A DNA stretch of 64,000 nucleotides from an uncultured Collinsella sp. (lineage in GTDB: Bacteria > Actinomycetota > Coriobacteriia > Coriobacteriales > Coriobacteriaceae). The notes under the pieces are model-generated. The model searched no databases. It worked only from the letters and a program-made list of their open reading frames with translations, and was not told where the DNA came from. The DNA lies in assembly GCA_900549345.1 (NCBI GenBank), contig UROC01000001.1:20432-84431 (forward strand), read 5' to 3'. The position numbers were made by a program, and so were the translations under genes. This document shows, piece after piece, positions 50,171 to 59,881 of this stretch; positions within the stretch are counted from its first letter, which is position 1, and every line of letters begins with the position of its first letter.

Positions 50171-50374
50171 TGGGCAGTTAGTTCAAATACGTATAAATGG
50201 ACGCATTGAATTAGACTGTTTTGCAGCTATCTCTATACCATTCGCCCTATTTGAAGGCAGGGTAGACTTCAAAACAGCGCCATATGGACTAACTAAAGCT
50301 CCAAAACAACGTATCGGCATTGAATTGAGTAATTCGAGTCCTCAGAACTTATACGTATCTGAACTAACTGTCCA
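50171..50374. repeat. Family A inverted-repeat element (204 bp) downstream of the nuclease-like gene
   Basis: tgggcagttagttcaaatacgtataa (50171-50196) and ttatacgtatctgaactaactgtcca (50349-50374), 2 mismatches. Confidence 0.92.
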
Positions 50375-50488
50375 CCTCGGATTTCGACGGCCGTCCAAAC
50401 GCCCCCAAACGCTCTCAATTACCCTCCATTTGACAGCGGCAACAGGGTCGCTCACCATAGCAGGCGACAAATCAACGAAAGGATGAAC

Positions 50489-51118
50489 ATGGCAGCTGCA
50501 CAGCCGCTTAAGATTCGCATGGTTGCCGGGCTTGGCAACCCGGGCGAGGAATATGCCGAGACCCGCCACAACGCCGGCTTTAAGGCGATTGACGAGCTGG
50601 CCCGTCAGGCCGGCGTCACGTACTGGAAAAACCAGGCCGGCGCCGAGGTCGCACTCATCAACATCAACGATCCCGAGGAAGAGGGTGGCAAGCGCCAGAT
50701 CGTGCTGGTCAAGCCGCAGTCGTATATGAATACCTCGGGCGGACCCATCTCCAAGCTCTGCCGCGAGTACAAGATCAAGGCCGAGGAGCTGCTCGTCATC
50801 CACGACGAGCTTGACATTCCCGCCGGTGACGTGCGCGTCAAGGTGGGCGGTGGCCACGCCGGCCACAACGGCCTGCGCTCCATCATCGACAAGATGGGCA
50901 GCCGCGACTTTAGCCGTATCCGCACCGGCATCGGCAACCCTCCCGGCAAGATGGCCGTGGCAGACTATGTGCTCAAGCAGCTGCGCGCCCGCGAGGCCGA
51001 GGACTTCCAGGACACCTGCGCCCGCGCCGCCGACGCCGCCGGTCTGGCTATCGTGCACGGCGTAATCTACGCCCGCGACCACGTCAACGGCGCCGCCTCC
51101 GCCAACGGCAAGCACTAA
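50489..51118 (+). CDS. pth: Peptidyl-tRNA hydrolase
   Basis: GLGNPG..Y..TRHNAGF, KPQSYMNTSG, HDELD, GHAGHNGLRSI. Confidence 0.96.
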   Translation: MAAAQPLKIRMVAGLGNPGEEYAETRHNAGFKAIDELARQAGVTYWKNQAGAEVALININDPEEEGGKRQIVLVKPQSYMNTSGGPISKLCREYKIKAEELLVIHDELDIPAGDVRVKVGGGHAGHNGLRSIIDKMGSRDFSRIRTGIGNPPGKMAVADYVLKQLRAREAEDFQDTCARAADAAGLAIVHGVIYARDHVNGAASANGKH

Positions 51119-51156
51119 AACCTACCGTTTAGGGATGTTTATTTTGGCAGGTTTTA
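51116..51156. repeat. REP-like hairpin starting at the pth stop codon
   Basis: taaaacctacc...ggcaggtttta; homolog on the minus strand at 63274-63316. Confidence 0.7.
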
Positions 51157-51490
51157 TCTGCGGAAACGCCCCGGTGGCCGCATCGCAATAAACCCCGCGC
51201 CGCCATACACGCATAACACCCCAAAGGGGGCCGGCCTCATCACAACCCGAGGCCGGCCCCCTTTGCCGTTTTGCCTGATAAAACCGACCAAAATAAACCT
51301 ATCCCTATTTGGTAGGTCGAAGTGGATAAACCCTTTTCCCAACCGCCGAAGACACACGTAAACAGCATGTCCATGAGGGTATAATTTGCACCGTATGTCT
51401 GCACAACGCCTGTGCGCGTACGGTTTTACTCGGGCTACCGTCCATTTCCGTGGAGGCACGGTTCGGCGGCCCTAACAAGAGAGGGGTTCT

Positions 51491-52330
51491 ATGTATAAGA
51501 TCCTGGAGAAGACGCAGTTCTCGGAGAAGGTGTTCAAGTTCCGCATCGAGGCGCCTGCAATCGCCAAGCATGCGCACGCTGGACAGTTCCTCATGGTTCG
51601 CGCCAACGAGACGGGCGAGCGCGTCCCGTTTACCCTGGCTGGCTGGAACGGTGACGAGGGCTGGGTCGAGTTCATCTTCATGGTGATCGGCAAGACCACC
51701 GAGATGCTTTCCACCTATGAGGCCGGCGAGTCACTGCGCGACGTCGTGGGCCCGCTGGGCGTTCCCACCGAGATGGCCGAGGGCCCCTGCGCCGTCATTG
51801 GCGGCGGCGTCGGCCTGGCAATTGCCTTCCCGGTCGCCAAGCACCTGGTCGAGACCGGCCACGAGGTGCACGCCATCATGGGCGCCCGCACCAAGGACCT
51901 CCTGCTCATGGAGGACCAGTTCCGCGAGCTCCTCGACGAGGACCACATCCATATCACCACCGATGACGGCTCCTACGGCGAGCAGGGCGTTGTCACCGCT
52001 CCGCTGGAGCGCCTGCTGCAGGACAAGGCCGTGAGCCAGGTCTTCTGCGTCGGCCCCGTTCCGATGATGAAGTTCTCGACCCTCACCGCCCAGAAGTACG
52101 ACACCCCCATTACCGCGTCCCTCAACCCCATCATGGTTGACGGCACCGGCATGTGCGGCTGCTGCCGCGTCGAGGTGGGCGGCGTGACCAAGTTCGCTTG
52201 CGTCGACGGCCCCGACTTCGATGCCACCCTGGTCGACTGGGATGACCTTCGTGCCCGCCAGGCCGCTTACCGTTCCGAAGAGGGCGAGTCCCTCAAGGCT
52301 TATGAGGAAAAGAGCTGCGCATGCCACTAG
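51491..52330 (+). CDS. nfnA: NfnA/SudB-like FAD/NAD-binding subunit
   Basis: GQFLMVR...ERVPFT, GPLG, GPVPMMK, NPIMVDGTGMCGCCRV...CVDGPDF. Confidence 0.88.
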   Translation: MYKILEKTQFSEKVFKFRIEAPAIAKHAHAGQFLMVRANETGERVPFTLAGWNGDEGWVEFIFMVIGKTTEMLSTYEAGESLRDVVGPLGVPTEMAEGPCAVIGGGVGLAIAFPVAKHLVETGHEVHAIMGARTKDLLLMEDQFRELLDEDHIHITTDDGSYGEQGVVTAPLERLLQDKAVSQVFCVGPVPMMKFSTLTAQKYDTPITASLNPIMVDGTGMCGCCRVEVGGVTKFACVDGPDFDATLVDWDDLRARQAAYRSEEGESLKAYEEKSCACH

Positions 52331-53730
52331 TTAACGGTCGTTTCGTTGCCGATATGAAGTCGCCCCGCACCCCCGATAACGAGGAGCCGGCTGCCGAGCG
52401 CGCCTGCGACTTCCGCCCCGTCGACAAGGGCTTCACCGAGGAGATGGCGCTGGCCGAGGCTGAGCGCTGCCTCAACTGCAAGAAGCCGTTCTGTGTCGAG
52501 GGCTGCCCCGTCAACATCAACATCCCCCGCTTTATCGAGCAGATCCGCGCGAAGGACTTCGGCGGCGCTCTCGATACCATCCGCGAGGACTCCATGCTTC
52601 CCGCCATCTGCGGCCGCGTCTGCCCGCAGGAGAACCAGTGCGAGGGCAAGTGCATCCGTGGTAAGAAGTCCGAGCCCGTGGCCATCGGCCAGCTCGAGCG
52701 CTTCCTGGGTGACCGCCCCGAGCTCGCCTCCACGCCCAAGATGGCTCCCAAGAACGGCAAGAAGGTCGCCGTCGTCGGCTCCGGCCCGTCCGGCATCACC
52801 TGCGCCGGCGAGCTCGCCCGCAACGGTTTTGACGTCACCGTCTTCGAGGCATTTTTCACCGGCGGCGGCGTGCTGGTCTACGGCATCCCCGAGTTCCGCC
52901 TGCCCAAGGCAGTCGTCAAGCGCGAGATTGACGGCCTGGAGGACATGGGCGTCAAGTTTGAGTACAACTCCGTCGTGGGCAACATGGCCACGGCCGAGGA
53001 GCTGTTCGAGCAGGGCTTCGACGCCATCTACGTGGCGACCGGCGCCGGCCTGCCCAAGTTCCTCAACGTCCCCGGCGAGAACCTGCCCAACGTCTTCTTC
53101 GCGAACGAGTACCTCACCCGCGTGAACCTGATGAAGGCCAACAAGTTCCCCGAGTACGACACCCCCACCAAGCACGGCAAGAACGTCGTTGTCTTTGGCG
53201 GCGGCAACGTGGCCATGGACGCCGTCCGTACCGCCAAGCGCCTGGGCGCCGAGCACGCCATCATCGCCTACCGTCGTACCGAGGACGAGATGCCCTGCCG
53301 TCGCGCCGAGCTGCACCATGCTAAGGCCGAGGGCGTCGAGGTTCTGCCGCTCGTCTCCCCGCTCGAGTTTGTCGCTGGCGAGGACGGCTCCGTGTGCGCC
53401 GTCAAGGTCCAGAAGATGGAGCTCGGCGAGCCCGACGAGTCCGGCCGCCGTCGCCCGGTGCCCATCGAGGGCGCCATCGAGGAGATCCCCTGCGACGTCG
53501 CTATTTCGGCTATCGGCACCAACGCCAACCCCTTCGCAAAGAAGATCGGCGGCAAGATGGAGCTCAACAAGTGGGGCTACATCGTTGCCGACGAGGAGAC
53601 CGGCCAGACCACCGATCCCCGCATCTGGGCTGGCGGCGACATCGTCACCGGTGCCGCTACGGTCATTCTGGCGATGGGCGCCGGCAAGAAGGCCGCCGCT
53701 TCCATCACCAAGAGCCTGCTGGGCGAGTAA
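52321..53730 (+). CDS. nfnB: NfnB/SudA (GltD-like) NADPH oxidoreductase subunit
   Basis: ERCLNCKKPFCVEGCP, ICGRVCPQENQCE, GSGPSG, GGGNVAMD, GGDIVTGAATVILAMGAG; adjacent to nfnA. Confidence 0.88.
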   Translation: MPLVNGRFVADMKSPRTPDNEEPAAERACDFRPVDKGFTEEMALAEAERCLNCKKPFCVEGCPVNINIPRFIEQIRAKDFGGALDTIREDSMLPAICGRVCPQENQCEGKCIRGKKSEPVAIGQLERFLGDRPELASTPKMAPKNGKKVAVVGSGPSGITCAGELARNGFDVTVFEAFFTGGGVLVYGIPEFRLPKAVVKREIDGLEDMGVKFEYNSVVGNMATAEELFEQGFDAIYVATGAGLPKFLNVPGENLPNVFFANEYLTRVNLMKANKFPEYDTPTKHGKNVVVFGGGNVAMDAVRTAKRLGAEHAIIAYRRTEDEMPCRRAELHHAKAEGVEVLPLVSPLEFVAGEDGSVCAVKVQKMELGEPDESGRRRPVPIEGAIEEIPCDVAISAIGTNANPFAKKIGGKMELNKWGYIVADEETGQTTDPRIWAGGDIVTGAATVILAMGAGKKAAASITKSLLGE

Positions 53731-53758
53731 TCACCCGCAGCGCTAGCCATCAAACGGC

Positions 53759-53797
53759 AAAGTCCCCGTCGAGCACACGCCCGGCGGGGACTTTTTT
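53759..53797 (+). terminator. Rho-independent terminator after nfnB
   Basis: aaagtccccg...cggggactttttt. Confidence 0.8.
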
Positions 53798-53807
53798 ATG
53801 CCGGCCG

Positions 53808-54101
53808 CCCAAACCACCACGATGGGGCAGGCACCTTTGTGGTGGTTTGGGACTTGCCCGGTCGTTTTGTCTCAATCTGTAACAGCTGGAGTCCGTTGAG
53901 CCCTGCAGTTGTTACAGATTGAGATATTGTGCCGGCCGGCCACGCTGCATCTCAATCTGTAACAGTTAGAGCCATTTTCGCTGGCTTGGTGTTACAGATC
54001 GAGACTATGCAAAAGCCGAGGATAGGCACTGCCGCCAAGGCCTTCCCCTCGGCCTAAAACAAAAACCACCGCAAAGGTGCTGTCCCCTTTGTGGTGGTTT
54101 T
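53808..54101. repeat. Composite cluster: two family F units (53870-54004) bracketed by aaaccaccac-type hairpins (53808-53851, 54062-54101)
   Basis: tctcaatctgtaaca at 53870 and 53950; tgttacagat(t/c)gaga at 53910 and 53990; 25-nt spacers. Confidence 0.9.
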
Positions 54102-54107
54102 GGTCGG

Positions 54108-54731
54108 CTAGCCTTCGAGCTGCGCCACTTTGTAGCGGTAGGCTGCAGCGATGACGTCTTTACAGCCCTCGCGTCCCAACTTGGCGCGGTTGACAACGAT
54201 ATCCTTGCCGCTCGTCATCTTCCACTTTCCGGCGCTGTAGCGCTTGTAGAATGCCTCGCGCGCCTTCTGCTGCTGCTTGACCAGCTTGGCGCCCTTCTTT
54301 TTATTAAGGCCTCGCTTTTTGCGCACAATCTCGACGCGGTCCTCAAAAGGAGCGGTCACCAGCACGGCAATGTGGTTGGGGTTGTTACGCAGCAGGTAAT
54401 CGGACAGACGGCCTTCGATAATGCAGCTCTCGGTCTCGCCCAGGTCCAAAATCACCTGGCTCATCTTTTGGAACAACTTGTCCGAGTACGAACGCGCATC
54501 GTAGCGGTCGGGCAGGAACGCCATGTTCTCCACGGCCAGACGCTCGTCGTAGGCGGCCATCTTGTCGAGCGACTCGCCCGCGCGCAGCGATGCACGCACC
54601 AGCAGCTCGTTATCGTACAGCGGAATCCCCAACTCGTCGGCAAGCATGCGGCCAATCTCGTGGCCCTCGGCGCCAAAGTCGCGCGCGATGGTAATGACCA
54701 CAGGATTCTTCTTATTCTCCAGATCGCTCAT
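54108..54731 (-). CDS. Cytidylate kinase-like family protein
   Basis: VITIARDFGAEGHEIG..LA..LGIPLYD, CIIEGR. Confidence 0.8.
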   Translation of the reverse strand: MSDLENKKNPVVITIARDFGAEGHEIGRMLADELGIPLYDNELLVRASLRAGESLDKMAAYDERLAVENMAFLPDRYDARSYSDKLFQKMSQVILDLGETESCIIEGRLSDYLLRNNPNHIAVLVTAPFEDRVEIVRKKRGLNKKKGAKLVKQQQKAREAFYKRYSAGKWKMTSGKDIVVNRAKLGREGCKDVIAAAYRYKVAQLEG

Positions 54732-54779
54732 CGCGATTCCTTTCTCTATGTGGCAAAGGGGCTGTCCCTTTGCCACATT

Positions 54780-55418
54780 CTACGCTGCCACCATTCGCCT
54801 CTGATATGCGCGAACCAGCAGCGAGATACCAAAGTTGAGCACAAAGTACATCGCAAACACCAGGCCGTAGAGCATAAGCACCTGCGACAGATCGATCGCG
54901 TGGGCCATCACGACGTTTGCCGTGTACATGAGCTCGGCCACGTTAATGCCCGAAAGATACGAGCTGTCCTTGATGACGGTCGTGCACTGGCTAAACAGCG
55001 CCGGAATGATCGTCTTAAATGTCTGCGGCAGAATGATGTAGCGCATGGTGGCAAAGAAGCCAAAGCCCTGGCTCTGCGCCGCCTCAAACTGGCCGCGCGG
55101 AATCGAGTTGAGGCCGCCGCGCACAATCTCGGCCATAACGGCGCTGGTAAACAGCGTAAAGGCGATGGTCGAAATCACAATGTCCAAACCCTGCACCGTA
55201 AAGTAGATAAACAGGATCCACAGCAGGTTTGGCGTGCAACGGAACAGCTCGATATAGGCGCTCACCAAAATACGGAACGGGCGGGGCGCATAGCTTTTAA
55301 CAAGCGCCAGCACCGTGCCAAAGATGAGCGAGAAAAAGATCGACAGCGCCGAGATCTCGATCGTCTTAACAAAGCCGCCCCAAATGTAGAGCAGGTTGGT
55401 CGCGTTGAAAATATCCAT
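54780..55418 (-). CDS. Polar amino-acid ABC transporter permease
   Basis: YIELFRCTP, AEIVRGGL...GQFEAA EAA loop, IKDSS. Confidence 0.92.
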   Translation of the reverse strand: MDIFNATNLLYIWGGFVKTIEISALSIFFSLIFGTVLALVKSYAPRPFRILVSAYIELFRCTPNLLWILFIYFTVQGLDIVISTIAFTLFTSAVMAEIVRGGLNSIPRGQFEAAQSQGFGFFATMRYIILPQTFKTIIPALFSQCTTVIKDSSYLSGINVAELMYTANVVMAHAIDLSQVLMLYGLVFAMYFVLNFGISLLVRAYQRRMVAA

Positions 55419-55421
55419 GCG

Positions 55422-56168
55422 CTAGGCCTCCTCTACGTTGTCGAGCCCCAGCTCGGCCAGGCTCACGCCGCGCGGACGCTCCTTGGAGCGGCGCTCGAGC
55501 CACTGCACCAGCATGGCGAGCGGAAAGCAGATGATGAAGTACATAAGGCAGCAGACGATGTATCCCTGCAGGTAACCGTACAGACTCACAAAGTTGTCGG
55601 AACGGTACATAAGGTCGCCGCCGGCCACAAGCGCCAGCACCGACGTGTTCTTGACCAGGTTAAGCGCCTGGTTACACAGCGGCGGCAGAATGATCTTGAA
55701 CGTCTGGGGCAGCACGATGTACCAGTACGCCTGCGCACGGGTGAAGCCCTGGCTCTGGGCCGCCTCCATCTGACCGCGCGGAACCGCCTCGATACCAGTG
55801 CGGATGACCTCGGAAATGTAGGCCGCGTGATACAGGCCCACACCCAAGAAGCCCAGCACGAACGGCGCGATGCGCACCGGCTGGTCGGCGCCGGTTATAG
55901 CCTGCAAAAACTGCGGGCCAGCCATGTACATAAAGAGCACCTGCACGGGCAACGGGGTGTTCTGGTAAAACTCCACGTACACGCGGCTTATGGCGCGCAG
56001 CACGCGAGAGCGAGTGGTGGAGAACACGCCCAGCAGCGTGCCCAGCACCAGCGACAGCAGCAGACCGGCAACGACCACCTGTAGCGTCACGCCAAAGCCC
56101 TCCCAGAAGGGCCCCATGTTTTGAAATGTCGTCGACCAACGGTCGGCGTCAAATAATCCTTCGAGCAT
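55422..56168 (-). CDS. Polar amino-acid ABC transporter permease
   Basis: YVEFYQNTP, EVIRTGI...GQMEAA, VKNTS. Confidence 0.92.
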   Translation of the reverse strand: MLEGLFDADRWSTTFQNMGPFWEGFGVTLQVVVAGLLLSLVLGTLLGVFSTTRSRVLRAISRVYVEFYQNTPLPVQVLFMYMAGPQFLQAITGADQPVRIAPFVLGFLGVGLYHAAYISEVIRTGIEAVPRGQMEAAQSQGFTRAQAYWYIVLPQTFKIILPPLCNQALNLVKNTSVLALVAGGDLMYRSDNFVSLYGYLQGYIVCCLMYFIICFPLAMLVQWLERRSKERPRGVSLAELGLDNVEEA

Positions 56169-56193
56169 TTGATTCCTTCCTTGGACGATGTGC

Positions 56194-57072
56194 CTATACA
56201 AGACCCCAGGTCTTGACCTCTTGGTCGAGCCAGCCGTCGGCCAGGCGATCGCAAATCACCTGATCGACCACGGCCGAAAGGTCGCAGCCCTTCTTGGTCG
56301 CCACGCCGTAGCCCTGCTCGCCAAACTTGACCTCGGGCTGCAGTAGCTCAACGGTCTCGTTCATGTATCCGGCCAGCGTGGAGCGGTCCATGGCAAAGAC
56401 GTCGATATTGCCGGCGTCGAGCGAACTCTTGATGATGGGGTAGCCGCTAAAGGCCCTAAACTCGGGCTTGCAGCTAAAGCCGTTGTCCTTGATCATCTGC
56501 TCGATCAGGCCCTGCGTGGTGGCACCCTGGCTCACGCCGATGACCTTGCCGTCCAGACCCTCAATCGAGGTAAAACCCGAACGCTTCTTGACCATGAGTC
56601 CCACGTAGTCGGTACGGTACGGCGTCGAGAAATCCCAGCTCTTCTTGCGCTCGTCGGTGATGGTGTAGGTCGCCGCGACCACGTCGAGCTGGCCGTTATC
56701 GATCAGCGGGCCGCGCGTCTTGGGCGTTACGTCGGTAAACTCGACAAGCTCCTGGGCACGGGCATCCTTGTAGCTCACACCAAAGACGGCAGCGGCGATC
56801 TGGTAGCACAAATCGACTTCCATGCCCTCAAAGCGGCCCTTGGCGGTGTCGTAATAACCGTAGCCGGGAACGTCCTTCTTGACGCCGGCATTCAGATGTC
56901 CACGCGACTTAATGGCCGCAAGCTTGGACCCCTTGTCGGAGCCCTCGCCGCTGGTGGAGTTGCCGCAACCGGTAAGCGCGGTCCCCGTCAGCGCAAGCAT
57001 GCCGGCGCCCGCCAGCTGCAAAAAGTGACGGCGCGACACGGCCGCCCTCGTCATATCCGTCATGTCCATCAC
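56194..57072 (-). CDS. Amino-acid ABC substrate-binding lipoprotein (PEB1/GlnH-like) with Tat-like signal
   Basis: SRRHFL twin-arginine motif, LTGC lipobox, GVKKDVPG, ATYTITDERKK. Confidence 0.9.
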   Translation of the reverse strand: MMDMTDMTRAAVSRRHFLQLAGAGMLALTGTALTGCGNSTSGEGSDKGSKLAAIKSRGHLNAGVKKDVPGYGYYDTAKGRFEGMEVDLCYQIAAAVFGVSYKDARAQELVEFTDVTPKTRGPLIDNGQLDVVAATYTITDERKKSWDFSTPYRTDYVGLMVKKRSGFTSIEGLDGKVIGVSQGATTQGLIEQMIKDNGFSCKPEFRAFSGYPIIKSSLDAGNIDVFAMDRSTLAGYMNETVELLQPEVKFGEQGYGVATKKGCDLSAVVDQVICDRLADGWLDQEVKTWGLV

Positions 57073-57077
57073 CGCGC

Positions 57078-57809
57078 CTAGTGCAGAATCTTGGACAGGA
57101 ACTCGCGGCAGCGCGGGTTCTCGGGGTTATCGAAGAAGTGCTCGGGCGTGCCCTCCTCCAGAATGCGGCCGTCCTCCATAAAGATGACGCGGTCGGCCAC
57201 CTGGCGCGCAAAGCCCATCTCGTGCGTCACGCAGATCATGGTGATGTCCTCCTGCGCGAGCTCAATCATAACGTCCAGAACCTCCTGGACCATCTCGGGG
57301 TCGAGCGCCGAAGTCGGCTCGTCAAACAGGATGATGGGCTGCTTGGTGCACAGGGCACGGGCGATGGCGATGCGCTGCTGCTGACCACCCGAGAGATTCT
57401 GCGGATACTCGCCGGCCTTATGCGCCATGCCGACGCGCTTGAGTGCGGCGATGGCGATCTCGGTCGCCTCCTCCTTGCTCTTCTTTTGCAGCTTGATGGG
57501 CGCGAGCGTCAGGTTGCCGAGCACCGTCATGTTGGGATACAGGTTGAACTGCTGAAACACCATGGAACTATACTTGCGAGCCATCTCCAGGTGGTTCTTT
57601 TTGGTAAGCGGCGTACCGTCGATGATGACCTCGCCCGACGTGGGCTCCTCCAGATAATCGACGCAACGGATGAGCGTCGACTTACCCGAGCCGGAAGGCC
57701 CGATCATTACGAGCTTCTCGCCGCGCTTGACGGTGAGGTTGATATCTTTGAGCACATGCAGGTCGCCAAAGTACTTGTTGAGATGCTTGATCTCGATCAT
57801 GTCTGCCAT
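57078..57809 (-). CDS. Polar amino-acid ABC transporter ATPase (GlnQ-like)
   Basis: [34 protein letters not shown]. Confidence 0.95.
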   Translation of the reverse strand: MADMIEIKHLNKYFGDLHVLKDINLTVKRGEKLVMIGPSGSGKSTLIRCVDYLEEPTSGEVIIDGTPLTKKNHLEMARKYSSMVFQQFNLYPNMTVLGNLTLAPIKLQKKSKEEATEIAIAALKRVGMAHKAGEYPQNLSGGQQQRIAIARALCTKQPIILFDEPTSALDPEMVQEVLDVMIELAQEDITMICVTHEMGFARQVADRVIFMEDGRILEEGTPEHFFDNPENPRCREFLSKILH

Positions 57810-57929
57810 GAATGTCCCTTCCCTGCGTTTACACGAGTTGAACTATTGTACGGAAAGAACCACGTTTCCGCAGCCCACACTACATTCCCGTAAAGAACCC
57901 GCAATCTTCCACCCACTCATTGGGCACTC

Positions 57930-58005
57930 GGGCACTCATTGGGGACAGACTTAAATGAGTACCCCCCGTGGGCACTCAATTTGAGTCTGTCCCCAATGAG
58001 TGCCC
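57930..58005. repeat. GGGGAC-type REP-like inverted repeat, homolog of 6-61
   Basis: gggcactcattggggacagacttaaatgagt ... actcaatttgagtctgtccccaatgagtgccc. Confidence 0.9.
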
Positions 58006-58074
58006 AGCCCAGCAAAAAGGGGCGCGACCGCAATGGTCACGCCCCCTCGATATCAACTATGTACCGCTAGGCCC

Positions 58075-58518
58075 CTATGCGAGTTTGGCGCCGACGATCT
58101 TTGCCGCGGCCGGTTTATCGAAGTTGCCACCGGTGGCCTTGCCCAGAGCGCCCATGACCTGGCCCATCTGCTTCTTGGACGTGGCGCCCAGCTCGGCGAT
58201 GACCTGCTCGATCAGAGCCTCGAGCTCCTCGCCCGAAACCTGCGCGGGCAGCAGGCTCTCCAGAATCTTGACCTGCTCGGTCAGGTTGTCGGTACGCTCC
58301 TGGTCGGTGCCGGCCTTGATGGACATCTCCAGCGTCTCGCTCGTCTGCTTGATCAGACGCTTGATCATGCTGTTGACGTCTTCCTCGGTCACATCGCGGC
58401 GCTCGTTAACCTCGATATTCTTCACCTCGGCCTTGACCTGGCGAATGATGGACAGGCGAACCTTGTCCTTGGCCTTCATGGCGGCGATCATTTCCTGCTG
58501 CAGCTCTTCGTTGGTCAT
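58075..58518 (-). CDS. GatB/YqeY domain protein
   Basis: AMKAKDKVRLSIIR, LPAQVS, KQMGQVMG; RBS gaggagg. Confidence 0.9.
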   Translation of the reverse strand: MTNEELQQEMIAAMKAKDKVRLSIIRQVKAEVKNIEVNERRDVTEEDVNSMIKRLIKQTSETLEMSIKAGTDQERTDNLTEQVKILESLLPAQVSGEELEALIEQVIAELGATSKKQMGQVMGALGKATGGNFDKPAAAKIVGAKLA

Positions 58519-58572
58519 CTGCAAATCCTCCTCAATAGTGCGGGCGGCACTCGCGCGAGCACCGCCCCATGA

Positions 58573-59793
58573 TTACTCAGTCGTCGACGAATTGTCGGTC
58601 GAGCTCTTGGTGACACCCTTCAGGCTCACGTTGTAGGGTACGTCCTTGGGCATGGGGCTGACGGTGATGTCGGCGTCCTTTTTGTACTGCTCCAGCCACT
58701 CGCTATATGCAGTGCTGGCCGCCTGCGTCTTCACCACGTTGGAGACGTACTTCTTGATGGCCTTGGGTACCTGCTTGATATCATCGACCTGGCTATCGAC
58801 ATGGAAGTAGTCAGTGCACTTGATAATGTGATAGCCGTACGTCGACTCGACCACGCCGCTCACATCGCCCTTGTTGAGCCCCTCGAGTGCCGTCTGGTAG
58901 CTGTCGACGAAGGTGGTGAGCTTGTCCCAGCCCACGTCGCCCTTCTTCTCCTTGGAACCGGTGTCGTCGGAATACTGCTTCACAGCGTCTTCGAAGCTCA
59001 GCTCGCCGGAGTTAATCTTGTCCAGGCACTCCTGCGCCTTGGCCTTGGCGGCAGCCTTGTCCTCGTCGGATGCCTCGGAATCGACCTTGATCAGGATGTT
59101 CGACGAGCGGCGGGCATCGTTGTACTTCGACAGGTTCTCGTTGATGTAATCGACGATCTCGCTGTCCTCGGGCTTGCTGGTGGGCGCCACGGCTTCCTTG
59201 AGCTTTTGCTGCGCCAGGCTCTCCTTGAGCGAGCTCTTATAGGTGTCCTCGGTGTAGCCGTAGGTCTTAAGGGTCTTCTTAAAGGTCTTGGCGCCGCCCG
59301 CGCTCTTGCACGCGTCCTTCCAAGCCTTCTCGACCTCCTCATCCGACACCGTCACGCCGTTTTCCTTCTGCGCCTGCTGAAGCAGAATCTGCTGCGTGTA
59401 GGAATCGATGAGCTGCTTGCGATACTTCTTGGGCGTAAGGTCGTTGTTGACCAGGTACTGCGCCCATTCCTTGTCCTTGGTATAACCATAGGACGTGCGC
59501 ATGCTCATGATCTGCTTGGTCACGGTATCCTCGGTGAGGTTGGTGCCGTTGATGGTGGCGGCAACGCCGCCGGTGAGCTTGTAGCCCGAGGTGTCCTCGG
59601 TCTGCGACATAAGACCGGAGCACGCCATGGCCGAGACGGAAAGCAACATTGCCAGCACGCCGATAACCACCAGAACAATCTTGACGGTCTTAGACACGTA
59701 CGTCTTGCGCTGCTTCTTACGAGAGCTGGAGGCAGCGCGAGTCTGCTGCTCGGGCGTCGGCGCGGCCTCGGAGTTCTTTTTCTTATTTGCCAT
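58573..59793 (-). CDS. PrsA/SurA-like parvulin peptidyl-prolyl isomerase
   Basis: TM anchor, VAATING, SNILIK, FEDAVKQYSDD.GS..KGDVGW, STYGYHII. Confidence 0.88.
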   Translation of the reverse strand: MANKKKNSEAAPTPEQQTRAASSSRKKQRKTYVSKTVKIVLVVIGVLAMLLSVSAMACSGLMSQTEDTSGYKLTGGVAATINGTNLTEDTVTKQIMSMRTSYGYTKDKEWAQYLVNNDLTPKKYRKQLIDSYTQQILLQQAQKENGVTVSDEEVEKAWKDACKSAGGAKTFKKTLKTYGYTEDTYKSSLKESLAQQKLKEAVAPTSKPEDSEIVDYINENLSKYNDARRSSNILIKVDSEASDEDKAAAKAKAQECLDKINSGELSFEDAVKQYSDDTGSKEKKGDVGWDKLTTFVDSYQTALEGLNKGDVSGVVESTYGYHIIKCTDYFHVDSQVDDIKQVPKAIKKYVSNVVKTQAASTAYSEWLEQYKKDADITVSPMPKDVPYNVSLKGVTKSSTDNSSTTE

Positions 59794-59881
59794 AGTTGGC
59801 CTTTCGCATAACGAATCGAACAAACGCCATTGTGTCACAACGCGGCCCCCGCGACAAAAGGAACGTCCCCAGGGGCCGGAT

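Noticed and set aside
52321..53730. Glutamate synthase small subunit (gltD) call
   Set aside because: No gltB nearby; pairing with an NfnA/SudB gene points to the NfnAB transhydrogenase
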